64,000 nucleotides of DNA, taken from positions 1 through 64,000 of the IMG/VR virus record IMGVR_UViG_3300020576_001287. One strand, given 5' to 3'. Origin of the DNA: a virus (Duplodnaviria; Caudoviricetes). The notes beneath the pieces are model-generated. The model was not told where the DNA came from and searched no databases. It saw only the letters and a list, made by a program, of their open reading frames with translations. Of the stretch, positions 1 to 9,218 are shown one piece after another; positions within the stretch are counted from its first letter, which is position 1; the number at the start of each line of letters is the position of its first letter. The position numbers were made by a program, and so were the translations under genes.

Positions 1-434
1 CAGTATTATTAAAACATTTGTATCCGTAGTATCATTATAGTAATGTAGTACTAAATGTATATTACTACTATGTAGTAATATAAGGGAATATTTGAGACTA
101 CCAACTTTTTCTCTAAATGCGAAAAAAGCATAACAGTTGTAATTATTGGATTATTGAGCATAACAGTTAGTAGTGTACTAAGGTAGGCGTATATAGTACT
201 GTAGGGGTATAGGGTAGGGTATGTACTACGGCAAAGGGAGTAATAAAGTAATACCCACGCACCAGGCACGTAATAGTAATACTATCATTACCCAGGAATC
301 ACATAATAACAAGGAATGAAGTAGTATAACCACATAGGGCAATGGTAGTAGATACTACTGTCACATATCAGCATGGCAGTAACAATGTAGCATAGTAGTA
401 CATAGCAGGGGGACAGTAACAGTATAGCAGCTAC

Positions 435-452
435 TACCATACCGGTATGGTA
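435..452. repeat. Perfect 18-bp palindrome TACCATACCGGTATGGTA in the non-coding left end
   Basis: Sequence equals its own reverse complement; lies in a region with no credible ORF. Confidence 0.9.
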
Positions 453-666
453 TAACAGTACTAATAACATAACATAAATGGACATTTAAGGTCTGTTAAA
501 TGCTATTATTGAGCACAGATACCCATATTAAAATAGACTATAGCCGTCCGGTAATAAACCCCATTCACCTATTAAAATAAGTTTAATAATTTCCCCATCT
601 GGTTATGTGGTGGTCTCTGTATATGAACTTAATTTTTTTAAAAAAGTTTGTATAGAATAAGTTTAG

Positions 667-674
667 TACCTTTG
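667..674 (+). promoter_or_regulatory. Bacteroidota-type -7 promoter box TACCTTTG
   Basis: Matches TAnnTTTG, 7 nt before the ATG at 682. Confidence 0.55.
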
Positions 675-681
675 TAACACT

Positions 682-1407
682 ATGGGACGAAGACTACAGA
701 GTATACTAGGCAACACATACGGGCAACTGACCGTAAAGAAACATTTAGGTAAAAAGGGAAAATACCTATGGCACTACTGGGAGTGTTTATGCACTTGCGG
801 GGGTATAAAAGAATACCCTACAAATTCTCTTATATCCGGTAACGTTCTTAGTTGTGGTTGTCTAGCTAAAAAAACTAGGCAGGAAAATTTTTCTAGGATA
901 AAAAAATTGAAAATAAAAAACTGGCTGGGTATAAGGCAAGGTAATCTACTGTGCTTGTCTTTCAGCGGTAAGCCATTTGCGAATAAGCTAAACTATTGGT
1001 TGTGTATATGTGATTGTGGTAAGCTACTTTATGTTAATAACTCTGCCCTACATGCTGGGCAGTATAGTTGTGGTTGTCAAACTAGACCGGCTTTAAAAAA
1101 TGCTATAGACATAAAGTACCCTGCTAATAGACCCATAGCTAAAAGCAAAACACGAGAGTACAATTCTTGGAAGTCTATGATTTACCGTTGTTACAGTACC
1201 ATATCACCTAGTTATCAATACTATGGAGCTAAAGGTGTAGTGGTTTGTGCCAGGTGGTTAGAAAGCTTTGACAACTTTTTAGAGGATATGGGTAACAGGC
1301 CAGATAACACAAGCATTGATAGGATAGACACAACCGGAGATTACACTCCTGATAACTGTAGGTGGGCCGATCCTAAAACACAAACTGCTAACCGAATACT
1401 AAAGTAG
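682..1407 (+). CDS. Free-standing HNH-type homing endonuclease with two N-terminal Cys-rich repeats
   Basis: Two repeats of G..YG.L.V...W.C.C.CG......L..G...SCGC; C-terminal YNSWKSMIYRC...YGAKGVVVCARW..FDNFLEDMG.RP...SIDRID..GDY.PDNCRWA. Confidence 0.8.
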   Translation: MGRRLQSILGNTYGQLTVKKHLGKKGKYLWHYWECLCTCGGIKEYPTNSLISGNVLSCGCLAKKTRQENFSRIKKLKIKNWLGIRQGNLLCLSFSGKPFANKLNYWLCICDCGKLLYVNNSALHAGQYSCGCQTRPALKNAIDIKYPANRPIAKSKTREYNSWKSMIYRCYSTISPSYQYYGAKGVVVCARWLESFDNFLEDMGNRPDNTSIDRIDTTGDYTPDNCRWADPKTQTANRILK

Positions 1408-1579
1408 CTTTAAGGACATGCGAGAATACATACCTAAAATTTTAGAAAACATTTCCGACCTATGCGTACAAAGTGTAATATGTTCGCTAAAGTAACTTTA
1501 GTGTACTTTTGTCCCCACGTACTCATTAGCATCCTACCGATCCAAGGTTAAAAAATATTTGAGTAGAAAATTTTAGAAA

Positions 1580-1867
1580 ATGAAAACACTTGACAAAAAG
1601 CCGATAACAGTTAGCTATGTGGAGTTTATTCCAGAGGTAGCAGATTTACAGGATAATACCATGTACATATCTGAGCAGTACAACTGTGCTATACATAAAT
1701 GCTTGTGTGGCTGTGGCAAACAGGTAGTTACTCCATTAGCTTCAAACATGTGGGCTGTAACCAAAAACCCTGATAACACTATAGACCTTAATCCATCTAT
1801 AGGAAACTACAACTTACGCTGCCGGTCTCATTATGTAATCAGAAAGAACGTTGCAATATTTATGTAG
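1580..1867 (+). CDS. Small Cys/His protein resembling DUF6527
   Basis: HKCLCGCG...VTPL...W....LNPSIGNY...CRSHYVIR motif pattern; family recognised from memory. Confidence 0.65.
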   Translation: MKTLDKKPITVSYVEFIPEVADLQDNTMYISEQYNCAIHKCLCGCGKQVVTPLASNMWAVTKNPDNTIDLNPSIGNYNLRCRSHYVIRKNVAIFM

Positions 1868-1882
1868 TGTCAAATTAATTAC

Positions 1883-1890
1883 TACCTTTG
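1883..1890 (+). promoter_or_regulatory. -7 box TACCTTTG not followed by an ORF
   Basis: Matches TAnnTTTG just after the 1580-1867 stop. Confidence 0.4.
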
Positions 1891-1919
1891 CTCTGCCTTA
1901 CCAAGCTGTATGCAAACTT

Positions 1920-1979
1920 AATCCCCTGCCTATGTCTGCCGTCTATTGCGGTAGCTTACTGGCTGGGGGTTTTGTTTTT
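1920..1979 (+). terminator. Long stem-loop followed by a T-tract (intrinsic terminator or 3' end of a small RNA)
   Basis: CTGCCG(1936-41)/CGGTAG(1949-54) inner stem; AATCCCC/GGGGGTT outer stem; then TTTTGTTTTT. Confidence 0.55.
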
Positions 1980-1991
1980 AGATATTTTATA

Positions 1992-1999
1992 TACCTTTG
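1992..1999 (+). promoter_or_regulatory. -7 box TACCTTTG
   Basis: Matches TAnnTTTG 16 nt upstream of the ATG at 2016. Confidence 0.5.
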
Positions 2000-2015
2000 C
2001 TTCAAACTAACTTTT

Positions 2016-2432
2016 ATGGCTAACGTAACAATGGAGCAAGAGGAAAAAAGGTTTAACAAGATATATAATTACATCGTAGGAGCTTCGGCTGTGCTATTGA
2101 TTGTAATAGTTTGTTTGGTATTTGTCCATATACCCAAGGATAACCAACAGTCAGCTAATATGGCTCTTGCTTTTTGTATGGGAGCTTTTACCGCTTTATC
2201 CGGTTACCTTATTGGGGCTTCTCCTGACAAGAAGCAGAATAATACTGGAATTACACAAACTCCGGTGCCCCAGGTAATAGCCGAGCGTAAGAACGATAAG
2301 GTATACCGGCTTATAGATGCTGCGACTACTTCCAGCCAGCTTACAGAGATAGGTACTACTTATGCTTTGGAAATGTCTGATGATCCGGCTTTAAAGGATT
2401 ATTGGGATAAGGCAATAACTAATATTAAATAG
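2016..2432 (+). CDS. Two-TM membrane protein (possibly holin-like or lysis-associated)
   Basis: Hydrophobic helices YIVGASAVLLIVIVCLVFV and MALAFCMGAFTALSGYLIG; start moved to ATG 2016 because 1851-2015 contains a terminator and a promoter box. Confidence 0.6.
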   Translation: MANVTMEQEEKRFNKIYNYIVGASAVLLIVIVCLVFVHIPKDNQQSANMALAFCMGAFTALSGYLIGASPDKKQNNTGITQTPVPQVIAERKNDKVYRLIDAATTSSQLTEIGTTYALEMSDDPALKDYWDKAITNIK

Positions 2433-2471
2433 TCAATTTATTTCCATACTTTTGTTCAAAAATATATAGTC

Positions 2472-3233
2472 ATGAATAAAGCGGAATTATCAATATTTGT
2501 AGCTAACAACTTTGACAATGGTGCTAAGGTTGTAGGCGATACCAGGTTACAGACAGCCTTGGAAACTATTATTACGCTATTAGGTGCTCCCGAAACTTTC
2601 ACTGCTGCCGTTAAGTCTTCTTCGGCTACAGGTGGTGTAGGGTATGCTACCGGAGCTGGCGGGGCAGTATCTCAGGCTACCTTTGCCCTTGCAGGCGTAG
2701 CTATTGCAGGAACAGCCGGACAGTTTACATGTACAGCATCTACGCACCCGCTGACTGTGGGTACTAAGGTTGCCATATCAGGAACAGCCGGAGGTACAGG
2801 AAGTATCACAGGATACAGCGATCCTACTACCTACTACATTATCGCTACCAATGGCAGCACTACATTCACACTGTCTGCTACTGCCGGTGGTTCTGCTATC
2901 ACTACAACAGCGGGTACCCCAACTGGTCTTACGTATACAGTGAGTGCAAAGTCTGCCGGTGTTACCCTTAACAAGGTATCCGGTGCGATCACTACGCTTA
3001 CTGCTTCTATGGCAGCTAGTTCCAGTGTGAGCTTTACACTTACCAATTCTACCATCGGTGCTAACGATGTGGTGCAACCATCTATAAAGTCCGGTGCTTC
3101 TACCGGCTTATACAAGGTAAGTACTACTGCCACTGCCGCTGGATCATGTCAACTGACAATAGAAAATATCGGTTCTGCTGCCGCTGAGACCGTAGTTATC
3201 AACTACGTTGTTATCAAAGGTGTTGCAGCTTAA
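2472..3233 (+). CDS. Gly/Thr/Ala-rich beta-strand protein, probably virion-associated (spike/decoration-like)
   Basis: TGGVGYATGAGGAVSQAT...GVTLNKVSGAIT...VSFTLTNSTI...VVINYVVIKG pattern typical of phage structural proteins. Confidence 0.5.
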   Translation: MNKAELSIFVANNFDNGAKVVGDTRLQTALETIITLLGAPETFTAAVKSSSATGGVGYATGAGGAVSQATFALAGVAIAGTAGQFTCTASTHPLTVGTKVAISGTAGGTGSITGYSDPTTYYIIATNGSTTFTLSATAGGSAITTTAGTPTGLTYTVSAKSAGVTLNKVSGAITTLTASMAASSSVSFTLTNSTIGANDVVQPSIKSGASTGLYKVSTTATAAGSCQLTIENIGSAAAETVVINYVVIKGVAA

Positions 3234-3263
3234 CCAAACGATGATTTCAAAATTCATATTAGT

Positions 3264-3289
3264 AGCCTCCTATTCTTAGGAGGCTTTTT
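3264..3289 (+). terminator. Intrinsic terminator
   Basis: AGCCTCCTA-TTCT-TAGGAGGCT followed by TTTT. Confidence 0.8.
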
Positions 3290-3306
3290 GTTTAAAGTAA
3301 CTTTAG

Positions 3307-3314
3307 TAAATTTG
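3307..3314 (+). promoter_or_regulatory. -7 box TAAATTTG of the terminase operon, with the 13-bp palindrome immediately upstream (3293-3305)
   Basis: Matches TAnnTTTG 4 nt before the ATG at 3319. Confidence 0.5.
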
Positions 3315-3318
3315 TGCT

Positions 3319-4029
3319 ATGAAAGATTTAATGCCTACATACAACGCTATAAAACCAAGGCCAGGGCAGAGGCTTGAAATAGGAGAGTCAGAAAAGAAGT
3401 TTTGGACTGTAGAGGACAAGATTGTATACACCCGTAAGATATGTGCCCTTTACGCTACAGGCAAGTATACCTGGGCTACTTGCTGCAATCACTACGGTAT
3501 AAAGCAAAGCCGGTTCCGTAGCTGGATACTTCCGCAGGCAGACATAGAGCAGATGTTATTGGATGGTATACCGCTACCTCCAACCTTTGTAATGGCCTGC
3601 CGTGAGCTATACATAGATGCCAAGGAGAAGTACGCTTACAACTACAAAGAGCGTTTGGTAGATGCAGTACACCGAGGCATATTGAAGAAAGTAGAGGGGT
3701 ATGAGACTTCAGAGACCACTGTAGAGCAGGAGGTAGATACCCGCAAGGTTCTGGGTAACGGTGAGGATAACCCTAACTACGGGCAGCTAACCACCATCAA
3801 GCAGAAGGTAAAGACCTATAGCGTAGCCCCTGATACTTCCATGTTGATATTTGCCGCCACTAACGTTGATCCAACCAACTTCAAGCACCGGAATACAATA
3901 GAGCACCAGGGCAAGGTAGATATTGGGGCCAATAGCCTTGAATCACTTTCAGATACCCAGCTACAACAGAAAAGAAGAGAATTGGAATTAAGATTAGCCA
4001 CAGTAGACCTAGCCAAGAAAAGCGCATAA
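3319..4029 (+). CDS. terS: Probable terminase small subunit
   Basis: Directly upstream of TerL; N-terminal HTH-like segment (ICALYATGKYTWATCCNHYGIKQSRFRSW); helical middle; typical MLIFAATNVDP.NFK...EH.G C-terminus. Confidence 0.6.
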   Translation: MKDLMPTYNAIKPRPGQRLEIGESEKKFWTVEDKIVYTRKICALYATGKYTWATCCNHYGIKQSRFRSWILPQADIEQMLLDGIPLPPTFVMACRELYIDAKEKYAYNYKERLVDAVHRGILKKVEGYETSETTVEQEVDTRKVLGNGEDNPNYGQLTTIKQKVKTYSVAPDTSMLIFAATNVDPTNFKHRNTIEHQGKVDIGANSLESLSDTQLQQKRRELELRLATVDLAKKSA

Positions 4030-4030
4030 C

Positions 4031-6718
4031 ATGGGAGTTATAGATACAGCACGTAGAGCATTAGAGATTGAAGAGATCAAGCGTATGCAAATGCGTGTTT
4101 GGCAGCTTGACCCTATGCTATGGTTAGAGGAGCGGTTTGGGGAAAGTGCCTCTGATTTCAGGTGGAGTGACCTGAAAGAATACGCTAACCACAAATGGGA
4201 TGGACATAAAGACCCATTGTATAATGCCTGGATGGATATTGCTACCGGAAACTGGGCAGGAATTGAAGCAGCTACAGGCTGTCATGCTAAGGGCACTCCT
4301 ATACTCATGCACGATGGGTCTGTAAAGAATGTGGAGGATATTGCAGTAGGTGATGAGCTTATGGGGGATGATTCTACAGAGCGTATTGTCTTATCTTTAG
4401 CACGAGGTAGGCAAACTATGGTACAAATAACTCCTGTTAAAGGGGAAAGTTTTGTAGTAAACCTAGATCACATATTATCTTTAAAAAAGACTAGCACCCC
4501 AGGAAAGTATAAAACTAAACCTGATATAGTAAATGTGAGTGTAAGGGAGTACTTAAAGTGGAACGACCACGATAAGCACTTATACAAGCTGTACAGGGCT
4601 GGGGTTGACTTTGATACTTCTAACGTAGCTATTTCTCCTTATATATTTGGGTTGTGGCTGGGGGATGGAAGTGTAGGGAGCATTGGACTAACTACTATAG
4701 ACGAAGAATTGCGGGTAGAGTGGACTAACTATTTTGAGGGCATCGGATATAATGTTGTTAAAGCTGATAGCAATGGTACAAGATGCCCTACTTACTTTGT
4801 AAATAAGGGCGTTAGAGGGGGTAAGGGCAATAACATACGTACTATATTTAACAACTCTGTGTGTAATGGCGAGAAGAGAATACCTCGTAATTACTTAACA
4901 GGTAACAGGGTACAGAGATTACAGCTACTTGCTGGGTTGATTGATTCTGATGGTAGTAATAACGACAGCTACGTTATTACCAGCAAGTATAAAAGATTGG
5001 CTGAAGATATTACTTTCTTATGTCGTTCATTAGGGTTTGCGGCCTATCTTAAACCAATAAAGTCTATATGCCAAGGCATGTCGGATTATAGGGAATACTG
5101 GTCTGTTAATATAAGCGGTGATTTACACTTAGTTCCGGTAAGGCTTGAAAGAAAGAAAATAGGGCTAAGAAAGCAGAAGAAAAGCGTATTGGTTACAGGG
5201 TTTAAAGTAACTTTATTAGATGCGGATGATTACTATGGGTTTGAGTTAGATAGAAACCACCTATATCTTATGGGGGATTTTACGGTTACTCACAATACCA
5301 GTAAAACCTACATGCTGGCAAGGGTGGTACTATGGTTCCTTGACACCCATCAGGATTCACTGGTAGTTACCTCAGCTCCAAAGCAGGCGCAGCTTACCTT
5401 GCACCTGTGGGCCGAGATTCAAAAGATATTTCACAAGTTCAAGAAAGTACGACCCAAAGCAGCTTTGTATAATCTTCGTCTTGTTGTGGAGGAGCGGGAT
5501 GAGAAAGAAGCAGTAGACTTGGAAAACGCTGACTTATCCAAGTCTTGGCAGGCTGTAGGTTTCGTAGCCGGTGTAGGATCGGATGAGCAGTCAGCAACCA
5601 AGGCACAAGGATTCCACCGTAAGGACATGCTATTAATCGTAGAGGAAACCCCAGGTATGCCCGATGCGATAATGACGGCCTTTATGAATACTTGTACCGG
5701 TGACAATAACATAATACTTGCCGTAGGTAACCCAGATAGTCAGCTAGACCCATTACATCTATTCTGTGAGCTTGGTAACGTTAGAAACTATAGGGTATCC
5801 GCTTTGGACTACCCTAATGTCGTTTTAGGCAAGGAGCTTATGCCTGGTGCCGTTACCGTCCAATCCATAGCCCGTAGGTTAGAGCAGTACAAGGACGTTA
5901 ACTCTCCAATGTACTTATCTCGTGTGCGTGGTATATCACCGGCACAGTCTTCGGACAGCTTAATAAAGCTGGATTGGATAAAGAATTGCAGGGATCATGA
6001 TTTACCATACGATTACTCATATCATGCTGTAGGTGTGGACGTTGCCAACAGCGTGGAGGGTGACAAAGCCGCCCTAGCCTGGATGCGAGGTAACCAATTG
6101 GACGAGATGCAGGATTTCTTCTGTAAAAACGCTACGCACTTGGCCTATAACCTATTTATGGATACTGCCACACTGGATGAGCATAACTATAACGACTACG
6201 GTACTTCCAAGTTGGAGGACTATGACGTAATGGATGGGCTTATAGGAGTGGATACCGTTGGGGTAGGTGTAGCAACATTTAATGCGTTCTTGGATCATGG
6301 TTACAATCCAGTATCCTTATGCGGTAAGCAGTGGGACGAGGTGATACCAATAGATGGGGCAGATTTCTTACCGGACGGTAAAAAGAATCCTAATGCTGGT
6401 AAGCCTCGTTACAAGTTTCAAAACCTACGGTCACATATGGCATGGGAGCTACGTACAGACTTACAGGACGGTAACATAAAAATAAACATAACTGACGAGG
6501 ACGAATTTAATCTTTTGTGTAAGGAGCTAATTGCAGTACGTTTTAAAGAAAGCGGTAACTACATAGTTGTAGAAAGCAAAGAAAACATAAAAAAACGTCT
6601 TGGGGGCAAGTCCCCAAATAAGTTCGATGCTTTGATGTACGCTAACTGGACACGTAAGGGGTATCGTATATTTAGTGGGCTTATGCCGATAATGGCAGGT
6701 AGTTCACAACTTCGTTAG
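4031..6718 (+). CDS. terL: Terminase large subunit (intein-containing)
   Basis: Walker A restored after splicing (AATG|TSKT); Walker B LLIVEE; coupling motif AVGNP; nuclease acidic motifs VGVDVA, GVDTVGVG, NKFDALM. Confidence 0.92.
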   Translation: MGVIDTARRALEIEEIKRMQMRVWQLDPMLWLEERFGESASDFRWSDLKEYANHKWDGHKDPLYNAWMDIATGNWAGIEAATGCHAKGTPILMHDGSVKNVEDIAVGDELMGDDSTERIVLSLARGRQTMVQITPVKGESFVVNLDHILSLKKTSTPGKYKTKPDIVNVSVREYLKWNDHDKHLYKLYRAGVDFDTSNVAISPYIFGLWLGDGSVGSIGLTTIDEELRVEWTNYFEGIGYNVVKADSNGTRCPTYFVNKGVRGGKGNNIRTIFNNSVCNGEKRIPRNYLTGNRVQRLQLLAGLIDSDGSNNDSYVITSKYKRLAEDITFLCRSLGFAAYLKPIKSICQGMSDYREYWSVNISGDLHLVPVRLERKKIGLRKQKKSVLVTGFKVTLLDADDYYGFELDRNHLYLMGDFTVTHNTSKTYMLARVVLWFLDTHQDSLVVTSAPKQAQLTLHLWAEIQKIFHKFKKVRPKAALYNLRLVVEERDEKEAVDLENADLSKSWQAVGFVAGVGSDEQSATKAQGFHRKDMLLIVEETPGMPDAIMTAFMNTCTGDNNIILAVGNPDSQLDPLHLFCELGNVRNYRVSALDYPNVVLGKELMPGAVTVQSIARRLEQYKDVNSPMYLSRVRGISPAQSSDSLIKLDWIKNCRDHDLPYDYSYHAVGVDVANSVEGDKAALAWMRGNQLDEMQDFFCKNATHLAYNLFMDTATLDEHNYNDYGTSKLEDYDVMDGLIGVDTVGVGVATFNAFLDHGYNPVSLCGKQWDEVIPIDGADFLPDGKKNPNAGKPRYKFQNLRSHMAWELRTDLQDGNIKINITDEDEFNLLCKELIAVRFKESGNYIVVESKENIKKRLGGKSPNKFDALMYANWTRKGYRIFSGLMPIMAGSSQLR
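4280..5296 (+). mobile_element. 339-aa intein with LAGLIDADG endonuclease inserted in the TerL P-loop
   Basis: Starts CHAKGTPILMHDG (VMA-like); LAGLIDADG blocks FGLWLGDGS and LLAGLIDSDGS; ends DDYYGFELD.NHLYL.GDFTVTHN; +1 residue Thr. Confidence 0.93.
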
Positions 6719-6728
6719 CATTATTTGT

Positions 6729-6736
6729 TATATTTG
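6729..6736 (+). promoter_or_regulatory. -7 box TATATTTG upstream of portal
   Basis: Matches TAnnTTTG in the 34-nt intergenic gap. Confidence 0.5.
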
Positions 6737-6752
6737 CAGTTCAAGTCAGCAT

Positions 6753-9218
6753 ATGGAATTTGATAGCAGTATAGCACAGATAAGAAATTTTGTAGAGGGA
6801 GCTAGGGCAGCTCGGCAAGTGGATGCAACTTCCCCAAAGGGGGCAGCGGCTATACCTACGCAATCAGGCAGGAGTTCCCAACCACAGAACTCTAGCCTAT
6901 TTGGTATACTTGTGGATGAGATGGCCCAGATAAATCCAGGCTTTGAGTTGGAACTACTAAAGGTGTGCCAACATCTTGCTACTTACAACGGTGACGTATC
7001 TTATGCAGTAGATAACGTATGTCAGCTAGGTAATACACCATACAAGGTTGTATTTGATAGCAGTACCCCAGATGATAGAAAGAAAAAGATGCTGGCGGTA
7101 ATAAGTGAGCAGGGGCAGTGGGTTTACCCTGGGGGTATGAGGATGCTTATTGGTGATATACTGGCTCAGATATATGTTACCGGTGCTGCCAGTGGTGAGA
7201 TAATACCGGATAAGACTTTAAAGTTTGTACAAAACGTAGCCCTAGTAAACCCCATAAGCGTACGATTCTTATACAACCCCAGCAACTATTCCTACGATCC
7301 ATACCAAGCTACCAATGGGTTTGCTGGTTCTGAGATAAGAAAAATGTCAGCTTCCAATGATTTCGGGCTGATAAAGCTAAACCCTTTGACCTACAAGTAT
7401 ATAGCGCATAGGCGATATAATGATAACCCATTTGCTATACCCCCTATACTAGCCTCCTTTGAGGGGATAGAGATAGAAAAGGATATGCTAAATAATATGC
7501 GGCATATAGTGCGTAAGATGGGGGTATTCGGGTTTTTATCTGTCATGGTGACGGCCCCAGTGCGGGAGCAGGGGGAGAAACCTAATGCGTACTTTGATCG
7601 CTGTAACGCTTATCTGTCCAAGATCAAACCAGAAATAGAAAAAGGCTACGCTTCAGGCGTGGCTTTAGGCTTTAAAGGGTTTCAGGAATGGAAAGTAGAG
7701 GGCGGTAATACCAATCTTGCCGGAGCTAAAGAGATATTCCAGCTTGTATCAGAGATAAAAATGGCTGGTTTGAAGCAAGACCCGCTGATGCTGGGTAGGA
7801 ACTTTAACGTAGCCGAGACTATGGCAAAAGTTATCATGTCAAAGCTCATCATGCAGACAGGAAATTTTCAGGCTGTTGCAGGATTATTTATAGCGGAGGT
7901 TATTAAAATGATGCTTGGGCTTAACGGCTACATGGAGAAAAACATAAAGGTAGAATTTGAGCCACCTATGATAGGTGATAGGCTACGTGATGCCCAGGCA
8001 AGAGAAAAAGAAATAGATAACTCACTTAAAGAGCGTGATGCAGGTTTGATCGGACAGCAGGAAGCGGCAAATAACCTGAAGCATGACAGACCGTATGCAC
8101 CTAAAGATGTGGATTATAGCGTAGCCAGGGTATCGGAGACAGCCAAGGCAGCTAAACCAACGGATGGTAAGCCTAAGCCGGTTAAGGATGCTGTAGATTC
8201 AGGGGCTACTAACTATTCTATGGGGTATCTACGCGATCAGCTAACCAAAGGTTACCCAGAATATAACTACGGTAGTTGTGATTGCACTGACATGGAATCC
8301 TTTGCTAAGGAGCCTGGGAATAAAAAATACCTATCGGTATTAAATCAGTACACCAATGATGTTGTAGTGACTTACTACGGGGCTTTAGATAAAGTAACTT
8401 TAAAAATAAAAGATAAGCTGGCATCACTATCACCAAACGCTACTCTTACTGAGGTTACAGATTTGGTATTTTACACCCTGTATAGTGAGTTTACTAATGC
8501 TTATGCCAGCACCCAAGAACAGAACATAAAGAAGTGGGTTAAAAATTCTTACGAGTCTTTTAGAGAGGACAGGGAAGTTTTTGGGGGTAATGATACTGTT
8601 ACGGATAAGACGGGTAAGACAGTTCCAGTACCTGCGGCTGTATTCAGCATGGATGACATAAAGGCTATGGATTACTTTAAAGAGTCCGACTTAGTGTACC
8701 TAACCAGGTTTATTACTGACTCAGACACAATAAAGACCCTGAATAACTACATAAAAGGTGCGTATTTAGCCAAGTTGGGCATAGCCGGTGATGTGAATAG
8801 TACTGAGTTCATTTCTGGCCTATTAGCGGTGCTGAGTGCCGAAGATTGGAAGCTACGCAGGGTTGTTGAGACTTCTGTTAATAAAATGCGTAATTTTGCT
8901 TACGTAACCTCCCTGGCAGAGGTTGGCGTATCGTTTTTTCAGGTTGTTGGGGTGAATGATTCCAAGCAGTGTAAGCATTGCAATAGTATACAAGGGTATA
9001 AATTCAGTGTAACTAGTGCTTATGATAAGGTGAAGAAAGCCTATGGGGGCACACCGGACACTATAGAACAGGATTCCCCGTTTATCACCAGCTTATTTAC
9101 TGGGGATACCGGAATACGATTACTACAGCAGCTAACAGGGGAGGAACTACAGGCACAAGGGTTGATAGGAGTACCACCATTCCACGCAAATTGCAGGGAT
9201 AAAATAGTAATGATATGA
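6753..9218 (+). CDS. Portal protein fused to a C-terminal MuF/SPP1 gp7-like minor head domain
   Basis: Follows TerL; portal-like N-terminal ~460 aa (NPF.IPPILAS..., EFEPP); Lys/Pro linker; C-terminal RRVVETSV.K.RN...GVND..QCKHC...PPFHANCRDKI (MuF signature). Confidence 0.8.
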   Translation: MEFDSSIAQIRNFVEGARAARQVDATSPKGAAAIPTQSGRSSQPQNSSLFGILVDEMAQINPGFELELLKVCQHLATYNGDVSYAVDNVCQLGNTPYKVVFDSSTPDDRKKKMLAVISEQGQWVYPGGMRMLIGDILAQIYVTGAASGEIIPDKTLKFVQNVALVNPISVRFLYNPSNYSYDPYQATNGFAGSEIRKMSASNDFGLIKLNPLTYKYIAHRRYNDNPFAIPPILASFEGIEIEKDMLNNMRHIVRKMGVFGFLSVMVTAPVREQGEKPNAYFDRCNAYLSKIKPEIEKGYASGVALGFKGFQEWKVEGGNTNLAGAKEIFQLVSEIKMAGLKQDPLMLGRNFNVAETMAKVIMSKLIMQTGNFQAVAGLFIAEVIKMMLGLNGYMEKNIKVEFEPPMIGDRLRDAQAREKEIDNSLKERDAGLIGQQEAANNLKHDRPYAPKDVDYSVARVSETAKAAKPTDGKPKPVKDAVDSGATNYSMGYLRDQLTKGYPEYNYGSCDCTDMESFAKEPGNKKYLSVLNQYTNDVVVTYYGALDKVTLKIKDKLASLSPNATLTEVTDLVFYTLYSEFTNAYASTQEQNIKKWVKNSYESFREDREVFGGNDTVTDKTGKTVPVPAAVFSMDDIKAMDYFKESDLVYLTRFITDSDTIKTLNNYIKGAYLAKLGIAGDVNSTEFISGLLAVLSAEDWKLRRVVETSVNKMRNFAYVTSLAEVGVSFFQVVGVNDSKQCKHCNSIQGYKFSVTSAYDKVKKAYGGTPDTIEQDSPFITSLFTGDTGIRLLQQLTGEELQAQGLIGVPPFHANCRDKIVMI

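Noticed and set aside
1-681. Possible TAG stop-codon reassignment, suggested by the TAG-rich left end
   Set aside because: Genes elsewhere end cleanly at TAG and tile densely under the standard code; the region also contains many TAA codons.
1418-1495. 25-codon ORF between two palindrome sites
   Set aside because: Too short, no coupling to neighbours, no motif.
1851-2015. Long N-terminal extension of the membrane protein ORF
   Set aside because: Spans a terminator hairpin and two promoter boxes; ATG 2016 preferred.
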